A stretch of 62,371 nt of DNA, filler included, from Choristocarpus tenellus KU-1152 (taxonomy: Eukaryota; Protista; Phaeophyceae): the NCBI GenBank assembly GCA_964200185.2. It is 12 parts of 12 records of this genome, joined end to end, with 100 filler letters (N's around TTAATTAATTAA, not from the genome) between each part and the next. Parts side by side here need not be neighbours in the genome. Positions count along the whole stretch, not along the records: positions 37,821 to 46,701 come from CAXNAD020004229.1; positions 46,802 to 49,389 come from CAXNAD020026501.1; positions 49,490 to 54,914 come from CAXNAD020010824.1; 9 more parts are not named here. One strand, written 5' to 3'. Under the pieces are notes generated by a model. The model had not been told where the DNA came from. It ran no database searches and worked only from the letters and a program-made list of their open reading frames with translations. How positions within the stretch are numbered: position 1 is the first letter of the stretch; each line of letters opens with the position of its first letter. Shown piece after piece: positions 38,008-50,889 of the stretch. The position numbers and the translations under genes were made by a program.

Positions 38008-41000
38008 GTGATGGAAGCCCTGAAGATCTTGAAGGGTGATGTCCCAATTGTGCAGTCATGTAAGTATACATACTGTCTTCGTGAACCGACTCGAAAGGGG
38101 TTGTTCCTGCAACCAACGGCACTTGCCCCACCTTCAAGATCGTGTTTTGTCTGCAGCGCTCAGACGGTCAGTGACTTCTCCTCAATAGCCCTTGTTGGTT
38201 ATCTTGGAGGGACACACTAGGCGTTTTTTTCTCGTTGCTGACAGTGTTGATACTTTGGATTAATGTATCTTGTACTAGATAATGTGAGCAAGGAGTTATT
38301 TAGCGTGAGTTGATACTTGAATTAGTGCATCATGTACTAGGTAATGTGAACAAGGAGTGATTTAGCGTGAGTTGATACTTGGATTAGTGCATCATGTACT
38401 AGGTAGTGTGGACAAGGAGTGATTTAGCGTGAGTTGATACTTGGATTAGTGCATCATGTACTAGGTAGTGTGGACAAGGAGTGATTTAGCGTGAGTTGAT
38501 ACTTGAATTAGTGCATCATGTACTAGGTAGTGTGGACAAGGAGTGATTTAGCGTGAGTTGATACTTGGATTAGTGCATCATGTACTAGGTAATGTGAACA
38601 AGGAGTGATTTAGCGTGAGTTGATACTTGGATTAGTGCATCATGTACTAGGTAATGTGGACAAGGAGTGATTTAGCGTGAGTTGATACTTGAATTAGTGC
38701 ATCATGTACTAGGTAATGTGAACAAGGAGTTATTTAGCGTGAGTTGATACTTGGATTAGTGCATCATGTACTAGGTAATGTGGACAAGGAGTGATTTAGC
38801 GTGAGGCTGTGGGTGAAGGTTCTTACTTTTTTAAGTTCTGCAAATTGAGTGATAATGGTCTCTGACTGTTGTTTGCACTGTGTGGGTTGCTTATGGTCTA
38901 CATTTTGTGTATCTGTTCATGGTTTACAACTGGATTTAGATCCTTTCTGTCACTGCCCCGTATACTTACACCCCCGACCACTAGATGGGAATGTTCTGTA
39001 GCAAAGGGCGGCTCTGATGCATGTTTTTTCTAGCTTCCAATGCATTTGATGTTGTTAGAATAATGCTCAAGTTGGGGATAGCAATTCACACCTTCTTTGG
39101 CCCGGTCCTTACAACAGTTCCCCTCAATGAAGTACTGCTGCTTTTTGGCCTCTTGTGACATCAAGTCGGGGGCTGTGGATTACCCAACTTGAATGTTTGC
39201 TACATGTGTCGTGTATATGATACCCTGTCTTGTATGACTCTGTTTAAGTGTTCAGGGAGGGCTAAATGTTGGATGTTTTGGGCATGGGGTAAGTGTGAGT
39301 GAGTTCTTGGGGCATGGCAGTGCTAGGGTTAGTGGAAATGGATCTAGGATTATGCCAGTGTTTTGGTGTGATACAAAGTAACGCACACATTTGTAAAAGT
39401 ACCTTGGGGAAAGGGATTCTGAACAGCCTTTTGTTTGAAGCAAGCCATGTTGAGCAAATAGTATGCATTGCTGTACTTACATCTGAATTGTCTGTACCTC
39501 AAAGTATACCATGTTGAGCTATTAGTCTGCAATCATCCTGTAACGTTCCAATCTCCCTGGTCCATCTCTTACCTGTGTTGGTGTTGGGGGTGTAACATCC
39601 AGATTTTATGAAGCTCGGTGAAGTCTCAGGCAGGGGGGAAAGGTACAAATATTGGGGAAACAAACAAGAAAAGGTTGATCTTTCTGTCTAGGGAAAGCCC
39701 TCCCGCTTTCTGTTGCATTGATTGTGGTGATTTAGAGTCAACATGGAGTGAGAGTTATTTTATGACTCTGGGTTTGATACAAAATTTGGGTTGTCACATG
39801 GTATAATTATTGAGGTTTGGGTCAGATGCTATATGCTCATATCGATGTTGGCATAAGACACACCGAAATTGATACCAGTGAATTTACAGCGCTATGTTGT
39901 TTAGTACCAAGATTTGGGGAATATTGTGTTTGAACACACTATCTCTTCTTACACTACAGTTCTTTCATGCCAAGGGCTGTACTACGCCCCTCAAGTAGCG
40001 ATGCCTTTGAAAATTCGATATTCCAACTCTGTTCAGCATACATACACAAGCATATATATATATATATATATACTGACTCATCACCTTTCAACACTCCCAA
40101 ACAGCTGGAACTTCGCCTGAATACAGAAGAAATGACCTTGGTCAGCCTGATCGACAAGGTTCTGAAGCGTGGGCTGGGCATCAATGAACCCATGGTCATG
40201 GTGGAATGCTCCATTTTATATGAAGATGGGGATGACGACAGTCCACTCCTGACAAAGATCCTGAAGGTGGAGCTAGATGAACCCTGTTGACGTATTCACA
40301 GTCATGGATCACTTGCCACGCTTTAATATTACCTCTCATTGAACTTGATCATTTATGCCGGTCGTTTATTGCCCCCATCCACTTGTCCATACCTTATCCC
40401 TCTAAGACCTCCCACCCACACTGTGTGCCATACCCCAGCCTGTGCATGTTCACTTTCTACCTTATCGTTGTCACCCGATTTATCTACTTTCCTTTGATCT
40501 TTGTATTTTGTACACCTGGACCATTCTCTTTGTTTCGCCTCTGTGTGGATCGCTTTGCAGCCTAAAGACCTTTCTGCTTGAGCCGCTTGTACATGAATGC
40601 ATTTCATCTAGGTTCTAGGCTGAGTGTAGGTCTTCCCTACAATAGATTATTGTTTCAGTGTGTGTTCGATATAGTGTGACTCAGTTCTTAGTGGTGAATC
40701 GAAAGTTGTGATACCTTTGAAGCACAAGTCCTTTTTGTAGTGGTTCAAGAGGTGTTCTATGTTTTTGTTTCACAAGTCCTACTTGATCAGCTGCTGCTTG
40801 TGTCAGAGCTGAGGAAGTAGTTCATGCGTTCTAGGGTTCAGTTCAACCCCTGGTGCAGGATTATTTTTCCATTGTTTGGAGGTGTGAGTTTTCAAACAAC
40901 TGCTGAGAGACTGCCATTTAGCCTACCCCCTTTGAAGATTGTCAGTCTCAATGGTACAGGAGCTCACTTCTTTTTTACATTTGAAACCGCCCCTGAGGAA

Positions 41001-43419
41001 AAGCAGTGGTTTGCATAGAATTCACCTGAGACCAACTGCTGCTGTTACTGTTGTGTCCCGAAACCTTTCTCCTACCTGGGCTGCCCAGGACCTACCAGGG
41101 GGGGGCATTGTGAATGGTACTTCAGTGAATGTCGAAGACTTGTCCCAGGACCTTTCTGTGAACATTAGTGTCATCCATGAGATTCTGGATGAGGAGAAAG
41201 TGAGTGCCGACTTGTGGAGCATCTGTCAAACTGACTTTCTTCTTCCATGGCGCAGGTCAAAGGGTCTTCGCTTGTTGTCTGTGAAACTGAAAGTCTCAAA
41301 TCCAAAATATGGCTGGGTTATTTTTGAACACTCAATGTGTATGCAAGTGCGGGAATAGTGAGTTCAGTCCTGTGATCGAGAACATTTTGTGCTATTGCTC
41401 TGGTTGTTCATGTTGGGGTTAACCATTCTGTCCCCAGCCCTCAAAATCAGATCGGGAGACACCCTACTTTACCCTGCTATGTATATTTTGCTCGCCTTGT
41501 GTGCATTTTTTTTAGTATAATGCTTGAGGTTATGCTACGAGCAAGAAGTAGAGCTCTAGAGATGTCTAGAGGTTTGATGTGAGTTTGATATCACTGATGG
41601 AACTGCCTCCAATTTTGAGGCTTGAGTCAGTCGTAAGTCTTTCTCTTGCATTCTTCATAGTGATGGTCTTTTGTGTGCTAAAGCATCATGAATGGTGTTG
41701 TGGTGGCCATGTTATTTCTGTACTATAATAGTTGCAATCACAGATTGTTGGAGTAATGCCAACAACTACAATAATGGTGATATTTGAATCTAGGTACTTT
41801 GCAACTTCCATTGTTCAACATCAGTTCAAACAGTTTTTAGGGCAGGCTGTTGCTACACACGATAGTATCATATTCTATATTATTTTGGTCAGGGTCTTGC
41901 AAGGCACATTATGAGGTTATCCTGAAAGTCTTAGCAAAATCCAACTTAATATAAATACTCTATGTTGCCTACTGTAAAGCCACAAGAAACCGGATACCAT
42001 CTTGTGCATTTGTAGTGCCTGTTTCACAAACCTTCCAAACCGACAATCAACACAGCAAGCCTGATGCAGGAACCAATGCATCCTATTGACTTTTGTGAGA
42101 TTTGTACCGTTCTGTTCATTATTGTACACTTTTTTTTACTCTTCATACACGAAAAAAAATCATCAAAGCTGTTGTCGATGAAGAATATGCTTGCTGTGTT
42201 TACTGCTTCAACTCTTTGATTTGAGAAAAATGTCTTCCCAAAGTCATCAATATAACTGGGCTCCTCGAACAGGGGAAAATGTCGACAATTGTTACTGACT
42301 CCCATGACTGGGAAGGAGAGAGTTAGAAGTGGTAATATGAAATTAGTCGATTTGGCTCTGATGATTGCTTGTGCTTCTACAGGTGCCAGAGGGCTATTTA
42401 ATTTCAGGCAAACCAACCGTCAAGTCCACAGGTGATGCTGATGCTGATGCTGCTGTGAGCACCTCTGCGGTCAAGGAGGTCACATCAGGTGACTCACCCA
42501 CACTAATGGGTTGACATTTGTGGACAACCTTGGTTGTATGGTTGGGGTCTTGTGTAGAGTGCACCTTGTGGTTTAATGTGAACGTTGGAAGTCTGGTATG
42601 AGAATGGACAGGTGGATTCGGCAATTTTCCTCTTCCGCATCTGAAGCACTATCGTTTTTTATTGTGTCGTGGAAGTGCTGTCCAAAGACGAGGACAGCTT
42701 GTTTTTGCTCGATACGTAACCCTTTACTCCCTGCCCAGAACAATGACATAACATATTAAACTTCAATTCCATATACAGTAGCTCCACCCTCTCTCAGTAG
42801 CCGCCCTTCCCATGGTCATGCAAGCATAGATTGTTGTGAACTTTGACAGGCCAACTACTCAAAAAAAATTGCTTCTACTTGTTCAACACTGCAAGAGAAG
42901 TTTATTTACCTTCTGTTCTGTGTCTACAATGAAGAACTCAGTACTATGTAGTATCCTAGATTGGACTTGATTGCCGTAACCCCTGCTCATGATGAATCCT
43001 ACCTCCTTGGCTTTTGATATTTCAACAATTGAAATTGATCGACCAGTTTATGTGGAACGTGCTGCAATAGAATAATCTATCCATTCATCCATGATCCTAC
43101 CCAATGATGCATCCATGTACCCCTTCATCCACCCTTGACATTTGCACGAAAACCACTGAATTCCTGTTTTATTTGAATTGAATTTGTGATTTAACCTGAC
43201 AAAATAGCATCTGCATCGAATGGTGACGGGAGTGCTGTGGACGAGGATGATGTTGAGGTGTTGGATGATGATATCGTGACTGTGGAGAGAGGGGAGATGA
43301 GAGACAAAATTGTGGGAGAGGTGAAACAAGCCACCTCGAAACGGCCTGCAGATAATGGTGGTGGGAAAGTTGGCAATGATATCATTTCTTCAAAGAAGCC
43401 AAAGCTCAATGCTGCATGA
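38008..43419 (+). CDS. UBA2: SUMO-activating enzyme subunit 2 (UBA2/SAE2), 3' half
   Basis: Exons 38008-38166 (VMEALKIL...PPSRSCFVCS, zinc CxxC), 40105-40266 and 41089-41199 (ubiquitin-fold domain), 42383-42488 and 43208-43419 (acidic tail, KKPKL NLS-like, stop). GT-AG, phases 0,0,0,1. Confidence 0.88.
38247..38805. repeat. 62-bp tandem minisatellite, ~9 copies, in UBA2 intron
   Basis: Unit TTGATACTTG(G/A)ATTAGTGCATCATGTACTAGGTA(A/G)TGTG(G/A)ACAAGGAGT(G/T)ATTTAGCGTGAG; unit starts at 38310 and 38372 give the 62-bp period. Confidence 0.95.
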
Positions 43420-44229
43420 GATGTTTCATAATCAAACCATATTTTGAGCTACGTGGTCTAGAGTTTCGTGATCAACACTATTTTGCAACTAGGGCAAGGA
43501 CGTGCAGTCTGTCGCACTTCCTTCCCCAAATGATGTGTTTCAAGGGACACTGCTCTACCAGGTGATCTTTGGGGGGGAATCAATGCTATAGATGTGCTTC
43601 TCCATCATAGAGAAATGGGATGTTCCAGCCTTTGAGTAATTCCAGGATTGGAATACTGAACATGATTAAAACATCAATGTGCATACATACATACAAACAT
43701 ACATACGTACGTAATACCAAAATATGCATTTGTATTTCAAAGTGACTGGGGGAGGTGTGATGTCTCCTCATCTAGTGCTTATTTATCTTTTTCCTAACCC
43801 AAGGGTACCACAAAGTAGAGTGAATTCGTATGCTAAGTAGTTCTCACTGCTGTGGTTAAAATTATAGGCAGCAGCAGCAGAAAGCAGAAAAACCCTGGAA
43901 GTCCCAAAACCCCGGTAACACGGTGATGTGATTGAAAGTCAGGGCTTTTCACGGATCAGGCAAATGCATGACAGGACTGGTCTAGGATCATCAGAGATTT
44001 CAACTGGACTGGGCCACCCACCAGTCTACAGTCTTCCCCCAGTATTGATGGTACGGAGCCAGACTGGTCTGCTTGTATATATTCTTACCACTTTTTGACA
44101 CTATACAGCTCACGATTTATACACAAACATGCACATTTTCACATCTATTTGCGGCAATTCAGGTTTTGGTACCCCAACATTTTTTTTAGGCTGGCCTCAC
44201 CCATTCTGACCGAACTGGTTCAGTTATGA

Positions 44230-46700
44230 TGAAGGCTTGTCATGAAGGTGATTTCACATCTCAGTACTCGGAAGAGCCATGGTATGGTGTGGTAGGCTCA
44301 ATCGTTAATATTGTACGGTACAGTATCAGCAATTTTGAGAAAACGACCAGGTCTACCGTTAAACTTGGACAGTACGGTATGGGGAGTAAAGTTGTTCCGC
44401 AACAGTGGTTCAACTTTCTACCACAAGTCACCCTTCTAAACACTAGACACCCTAGGAGTCCCATCACATGTCAAGGTGATGTACCATCCCCATTTAATGC
44501 AAGTCACGCCACCAGTTTATTAAATCATGACATGCTGAGATCTTGCACTATTCATTCATGAAATTATTAAAAATTGGATGGAGTGGCATTGTGATTAAGT
44601 GTGTGTGGTGGCATGGGAGGTGAGACACATCCGCTTGGTTGTAGAGCATATATTGAGAAAATTGTGAAGTTCTTTGATGAAGGCTCTCTCAGCAGGTAAA
44701 TTGCACACTAGATCATGAGCAAACAGGCTAAGTAATCTGTGGCGTTCTTCTGTGGATACGCTCTCCTTCGGCAAACGGGTGAACATTTACATAGTCACAT
44801 TCACTGCTGTTGGACGGGAATGTGATATCAGGACAGTTGATTGTTAAATTTTGTTGACCTGGGAAAAGCTATAACCTATGAATATCTATCCAGCAAAAGC
44901 GACTCGTCACACAAAAGTTTGTGACCTATTCGACACAACGACCGCTCTCGCAACACCTCCACTCACCGATTATTGATGCCTTAGTCATCTTGCCCTTTGT
45001 TGACCATGCGGTAGTCTTGATCACCTGCTTTTGGGTTACTGCCGGTTGTGGAAGTGATTCAGTGAACCCAGTTGTGTCGTCCTTGGAGGTGTAATTGAGG
45101 AGATCCCCTCACTCGGTTTACCATTCTTGATTAGAAAGACCATCCTTCGTGGTTCCTTTGAGGAATAGTGAACTTTTTATGAACGAACTTCCATAGCACT
45201 GATCTCAGGGCAGATTTCACCAGGTTGGTGGCTACAATAACAGTCACCGTTGCAGTGCTGCCCCTCGAACCAAGTTGAGGTTTCAAAGTAGACCCTGCTA
45301 CCATGTTGCTGATCACAGGACACTCTTTGCTCCCTCAATGTTTGCATGAGCATCCACAAATGAGAAGGTACCATCCCCTAACGAAGAGGGAAGCCCTACC
45401 TCTTCATCCTCGGTCACCCTTTGCTCAACCCTTGACACTAAGCTTTTCTACCTCAGACTAATGCCAAGAAAAATACTCGATTATTTTGATTGGTAATATA
45501 TCCCCATGTATTCGTATTTCATCTATAGGCGCTGTTTATGCTTCTCTACCTCCTCGCTCATCTTGGTAGAAGGGCTAGGTTGAAAGCGTAGCAGAGTGCA
45601 CGCCGGTTAGCAGAGATATTATTGTATCGTTTGCTTTCACAAGTAGTACATACTTTAGAGAGGCATCTGCATTGATGACAACTTTTTATCCATGTTAGTT
45701 CTTGTCATCATATAGTTTTAGTCTCTGTTTCCCCCCCTTCCTGATACCTCAGGAAAATGTTCGAGGGCATGAGAAAAAATATAGGATATCCACACTTGAA
45801 GGCAAATACCTACAAAAAAGAATACATGTAGGGGAGGGGATGAGGCTGTGGAGGTAGTGGAGGAAGCCGACGACGGTACACGAGACAGACAAGGGTGAGG
45901 AACTAGTATATGTGGAGTGTATAACCCTGCTTCGGAATAGACAAACAGGTTTCGATGTAGCAGAATGGAGAAGGACCGACGGGGAACAGAACGGGCTCAC
46001 ATGAGGATGAGGTTGTGGAGGTGATCGAGAATGGGGATGGTGCCCCACGAGATAGGCACAGATAGGGAGGAATATAAGCAGAGCACACCACTCTTCTTCG
46101 GGAATAGGTGGACAGGTTTCGTTATTAGAGGATGGTGAAGGTCAGACAGAAGCCCGAATGGGCACAAAGGTGGACGGGGCTGGAGAGGTGGTAGAGGATT
46201 ATGATGGTCGCAGGGAGAGGGGGCTGTCCCTCCATGACAACGACAAGACAGGAGAGGCGGTGATAAGAGGTATTTCTAGGATCCCACGGCCAGCCTCCCT
46301 CACTAGTGACCTCAACCCACGACCATCTCAACAACCACATCAACTCACATCAGAACACTGTGCAATATGTTTTTCCCAGATACGATGGCCAGTACTCCCC
46401 TTCTCCTGACCACACTCCCTACCTGGACCGTGCCTCAGCTCTAACCTCCACGCCAGGCCCCTGCATCCCATCCCGTGCCCCACCTGCCTCACCCCTGCCA
46501 ACCCAGAACACTACTACGCTGCCATGGAGAGGAGTTTGGGAACCGAAGCCATGCTGGAATCCATCCGCTCACAATCGTCCTCCACCCCTTTTGCCATCCT
46601 ACCATTCTGCCTACTCTCCATCCCATGCCCCCACCCCCCAACCCCTCCCCCTTTCCCTCCCTGCCCAAGCTGTCTAGAGCCTCTCCCCCCAGACCACCAA
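44230..46700 (-). mobile_element. Mosaic of degenerate retroelement-like fragments
   Basis: Intronless frameshifted coding-like stretches (TTPYHG integrase-like near 44270-44290) and a minus-strand purine tract GGAAGGGGGG at 45731-45740. Family not assignable by eye. Confidence 0.35.
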
Positions 46701-46801
46701 GNNNNNNNNNNNNNNNNNNNNNNNNNNNNNNNNNNNNNNNNNNNNTTAATTAATTAANNNNNNNNNNNNNNNNNNNNNNNNNNNNNNNNNNNNNNNNNNN
46801 N

Positions 46802-47500
46802 CTGAAGTCAAACTGCAGGAGTTAGTGGGGGAGCCAGAGCTGGGCATACTGGGGGAGCCAGAGTTTTATGACGACATGGACATGGATATGAAAGATAAAG
46901 AAGAGGCTTCCACAGCAGGGAGCGAGACTGGGGGTGAGAGCCAAAACATTGGGCGTAGGGCTCAAGATGCAAAGCGCTCAACATCCACCCAAAGCCAAGA
47001 TATTTCTCCCAAGATAGGACAGAACCACTTCGTGTCAATCATACAGCAGAACAACAACGACATGTACTGCCTTATGGGTATCATGGGGAAGGAACAACAG
47101 GTGCAGGAAAATCAACTACAACAAAGGAGGCCTTGAATGGGCCAAATGCAGATCAACGACAGGAGGCCATGGAGAAGGAAGTGACAGAATTATGGAAGAA
47201 GGAGACTTTTGGCATTAAGTATATGCTAACACGCAAGCAATTGGCAAGCGTGTTAACCAAGATTTTTTAGGCAAGAGTTTCATTTCTGATTTTGTGCATT
47301 CTGTGCTTTCGCGTTGAGAGTGAGCTTTAGTCAGCAACTTTGCTGCACGCTCATGGGGGAGTGTGTAATATAAGCTGGTAGTCTATATGGTTTATAGCTG
47401 TTTAGTTACCACTACTAGACAACAGGAATGTTGACTAAGTGGAACAAGTGTCATTGACTTGTTTTCGTGTGATCAAAACACACATTCTACCGTTATATAA
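46802..47500 (+). mobile_element. Internally deleted Copia element 3' end with PPT and LTR start
   Basis: KEALNGPNADQRQEAMEKEVTELWKKETF (RT N-terminus) is joined in frame to GIKYMLTRKQLASVLTKIF* (RNase H C-terminus). PPT GGGGGAG at 47355-47361 is followed by TG at 47362. Confidence 0.75.
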
Positions 47501-47649
47501 GGATATTCTAATTGGGGTGGTTTCGGTTCTCGATATATTCAAACAAATTATATAAAACACCCGAACAAAGTGGCAGTATTATCTATATTCGCATCATCAA
47601 GATCGATCACTTATGTCAAAGGGATACAAACCCACCAACTCATATTGTA

Positions 47650-49260
47650 ACCTCGTTTGGATCCCACTCAGGAAACGGGGACTAAAGAGACTGCCCAAGA
47701 CCAGTGCCTCTCGTTCGTAGAAGAAATCTAAAACGGACCAGATCATGGACCTCTTCCTCTCCATATTTGTCAACCACGATGGTCCAGAAGAGATATGGAA
47801 GGAAGCGGCCGCACTTGTAATGACCTTGCGCTTGCCTCTTGGTTGTTGGACGTGAAAAGCAGATTTGCACCATTGGTGAGCGCGTTGCGAGTTGTGCTGG
47901 CTCGGGAACAATGCGAGTCCACACCTGATCTCCAGATCAAGACATTCCTAGAATGTGTATAAAGAAATATCTTAGCATGGATCACACCCTCCAGGTATAC
48001 AAATCTATCCTTGTCGGCATCGCTCCTGATGTTGAAATAGGCGATGATGATGGGGTGACATCGACGTTTCAACCCCTTCTGTCCGTCACTGAACGCCTTT
48101 GTCACTGAAGACTTCGAGGTGCTGAGTGCTAGATTTGTTGATGGAGTGCTAACTATTCACATAGACGGACAGGGTGAGAAACGCTTCTTATTGCTTCTAA
48201 GAGTACAATGACCCACGCGAATGAATCCACGCTGTCCATGTACAGATGTCACATATCCCCTTATATCCCCTCTAATCCAAATACATTCCTCCCATTTCGT
48301 CCAATCCTGACATCCAAACCAGTGTCATTTTGTTCTCCTAATCTGCAACCACCACTGACACCTTTCACATAATATTTTACAACTTCGGTAGGGAAAATAA
48401 GCGTATCCCATTCATTCATTTCGCTGCCTAAGTGACCCTCTATCATACATAAAACTATCCGTTTCTCAAAAAGATCAACAAACAACACCGCTATACTACC
48501 AAACAAGGTCATCACGCGCAAACACATGCCAATAGTCCTACACACCAACACAGCCCCTGCAACGAACCTATTTGTGTGGTGATACAGGACGCACAACCGG
48601 GTCCCCGCGTCGTGCCCCTTCAGGCTAGGATCATTCCAGACTTCGCAGATATCGAACACAACCACCTAGACGACACATTCATGATCCTGCCGGGTCAATA
48701 TCCGAGGTTCACCTCAGAATCCAACTGTCAACCCCTCGGTGAGATGCCTGCTCACTTCTCTACGCAACTCAGACTTGGGGACACATTCGACGCCAGGTTT
48801 GGTCGAGGAACCAGCTTCAGCCTACGCGCGAGTGGGGGGGCCATTATACAGGGGAAGGTCAGCGATGTTCACGTAAATAGTTCAGGGGCGTACATTTACT
48901 CAGTGTCCTACCTCCCGGACGATGGTGAAATATCTTTGCCTCCTCAACTGGGGTCATACATGACAGAGAACGAGATCGAGGAGGGTGTCAACCGACTTCG
49001 AGAGAGAAGGACAAGAGCGACAGTGACGAGGCTGCAGCCCTGAGAGTCAGACAACGCCGTCGGTCGATTGTTGACCACCAGCGGAAATGTAGGGACATGG
49101 AGAAGGATACATAGAAATATAAACTCCTTGAATCGACACTGGGTTATGTGCCAGATTTAGATGAGAGAGAAACACTCAATGCCAGAGACAAGGGCAGGGG
49201 ACTATATTTTTCAGATGGGACGATCAGTGGATGTGAGGGACCGTGACCAAGTACCAGCCC
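47650..49260 (+). mobile_element. Degenerate intronless coding region with a Tudor-like ORF, probably element-derived
   Basis: Frameshifted coding-like sequence at 47650-48120. ORF 48576-49043 includes IQGKVSDVHVNSSGAYIYSVSYLPDDGE...ENEIEEGV, a Tudor-like pattern. Confidence 0.4.
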
Positions 49261-49562
49261 CACTACACGGTGAAAGCTAGAGAGGAGCGAGTCGAGTGAA
49301 GGTATCCTAGAGAGTACGAATTTTGTGTTAAAGTATCCCCAAAATCATCAAAGAGGATAAAGGTGATAAACCCGACGAGATTGCTTGGTNNNNNNNNNNN
49401 NNNNNNNNNNNNNNNNNNNNNNNNNNNNNNNNNTTAATTAATTAANNNNNNNNNNNNNNNNNNNNNNNNNNNNNNNNNNNNNNNNNNNNCCTTGAATAAA
49501 TATTTATAACTAGTGGAAGAAGACGTATGTATGTGTGTATTGTATAATACAATATGTAGTGT

Positions 49563-49820
49563 GAGCCGAAGTATCTTAGAGGGTAGGGCCGCGTCCATTT
49601 GGGGGACCAAAGTCCAATGCTATGATTTTGATGTAATTTTGGCTATTGCGTTTGTTAGGAAGTGTCAATATCCTTGTTCCGGATACATCTTTTCATAACG
49701 TATACATTTTACCTATTCCAAAACGGTTTTGGAGTAGGAAAATTTCATAAGGAACCCATGGGAAGCCAAGCCCCAAATGGACAAACAGGGCAAAACTCGT
49801 ACCCTCTAAGATACTTGCAC
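49563..49820. mobile_element. MITE-like family A, complete (reverse orientation)
   Basis: GAGCCGAAGTATCTTAGAGGGTA ... TACCCTCTAAGATACTTGCAC. Confidence 0.9.
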
Positions 49821-50467
49821 TTGTACCATACATATAAGCATGCCAAACCGTTACCGGCTCCCCCCCCGGGTGGGCCGTTCGCCTTGTACCTTTGGCTTGG
49901 TCGAGGTCGCTTCCAAATCGGAACAGGGCCCTCCAAGAGTACCGCAACATTTACAAAAAATATATATGGCCACTTTCCGCACACGAACCGCGTCTCGCTC
50001 ATCCTCAATAAAAAGCTTCATCCTCAATTTTGATGATCGGCTGTTAGCTCAAGGTTCCAGTGTATTGTTTGTGCCTTCACCCTCAAAAAGATTCAAGCCT
50101 TGTATGTTTGATACCATTGACCTTTGTTTGCAGCAGCATGATGACAAGAGGTAAGGAAGGAAATAGAGTATTATGATGGATATTTCACTCAAAGGTTAGA
50201 GATGTGAATGTTGCTACTCTATTTGTCCAATCCCGGCTGCAAACTGTGCCCTGCCCAGGAATGCATGTATACGGTATACACAGTGTGAACATACCTTACT
50301 TACCTCAAAACGTACCCTTCGCAACACAAACCCAGAATGATGTGATGGTCGTTGGAGAGGATAGATTCAAGTGATATTGAGAAGTCAATGGGCAGTGGGA
50401 CGGCTAAATAATGCATGGGATAAACAAGGCGTGGATGGGAGGTAAAACAGTTTTTGTGCATATTTGA

Positions 50468-50724
50468 GTGAAAGTATCTTAGAGGGTACAAGTTTTACCC
50501 TGTTTGTCCATTTGGGGCTTGGCTTCCCTTGGGTTTTTTTATGACATTTTCCTACTCCATAATGTTTCGGAGTAGGTAAAATATATAAGTTATGAAAAGG
50601 TGTGTCCACAACAAAGATATTGCCACTTCCTAACAAACACAGTAGCCAAAATTACATCAAAATCGCAACGTTAGATTTTGGCCCCCAAATGGACGCGGCT
50701 CTACCCTCTAAGATACTTTGGCTC
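50468..50724. mobile_element. MITE-like family A, complete
   Basis: GTGAAAGTATCTTAGAGGGTA ... TACCCTCTAAGATACTTTGGCTC. Confidence 0.9.
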
Positions 50725-50889
50725 ATTTGTTTCATGTTTGAGACTTAAGACATCTCTAGTTCAGAATCAAATTATAATGTGGTAACATTGAAACACAGAA
50801 CATAATAGGTAGTAACTAAGGCCATTATCTCATTTGATTTATTATCATTTGCTTCACATCATCATTATTATTATATGTGGAGATTAGCC

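Noticed and set aside
38247-38805. CRISPR array
   Set aside because: Contiguous near-identical units with no spacers, inside a spliceosomal intron.
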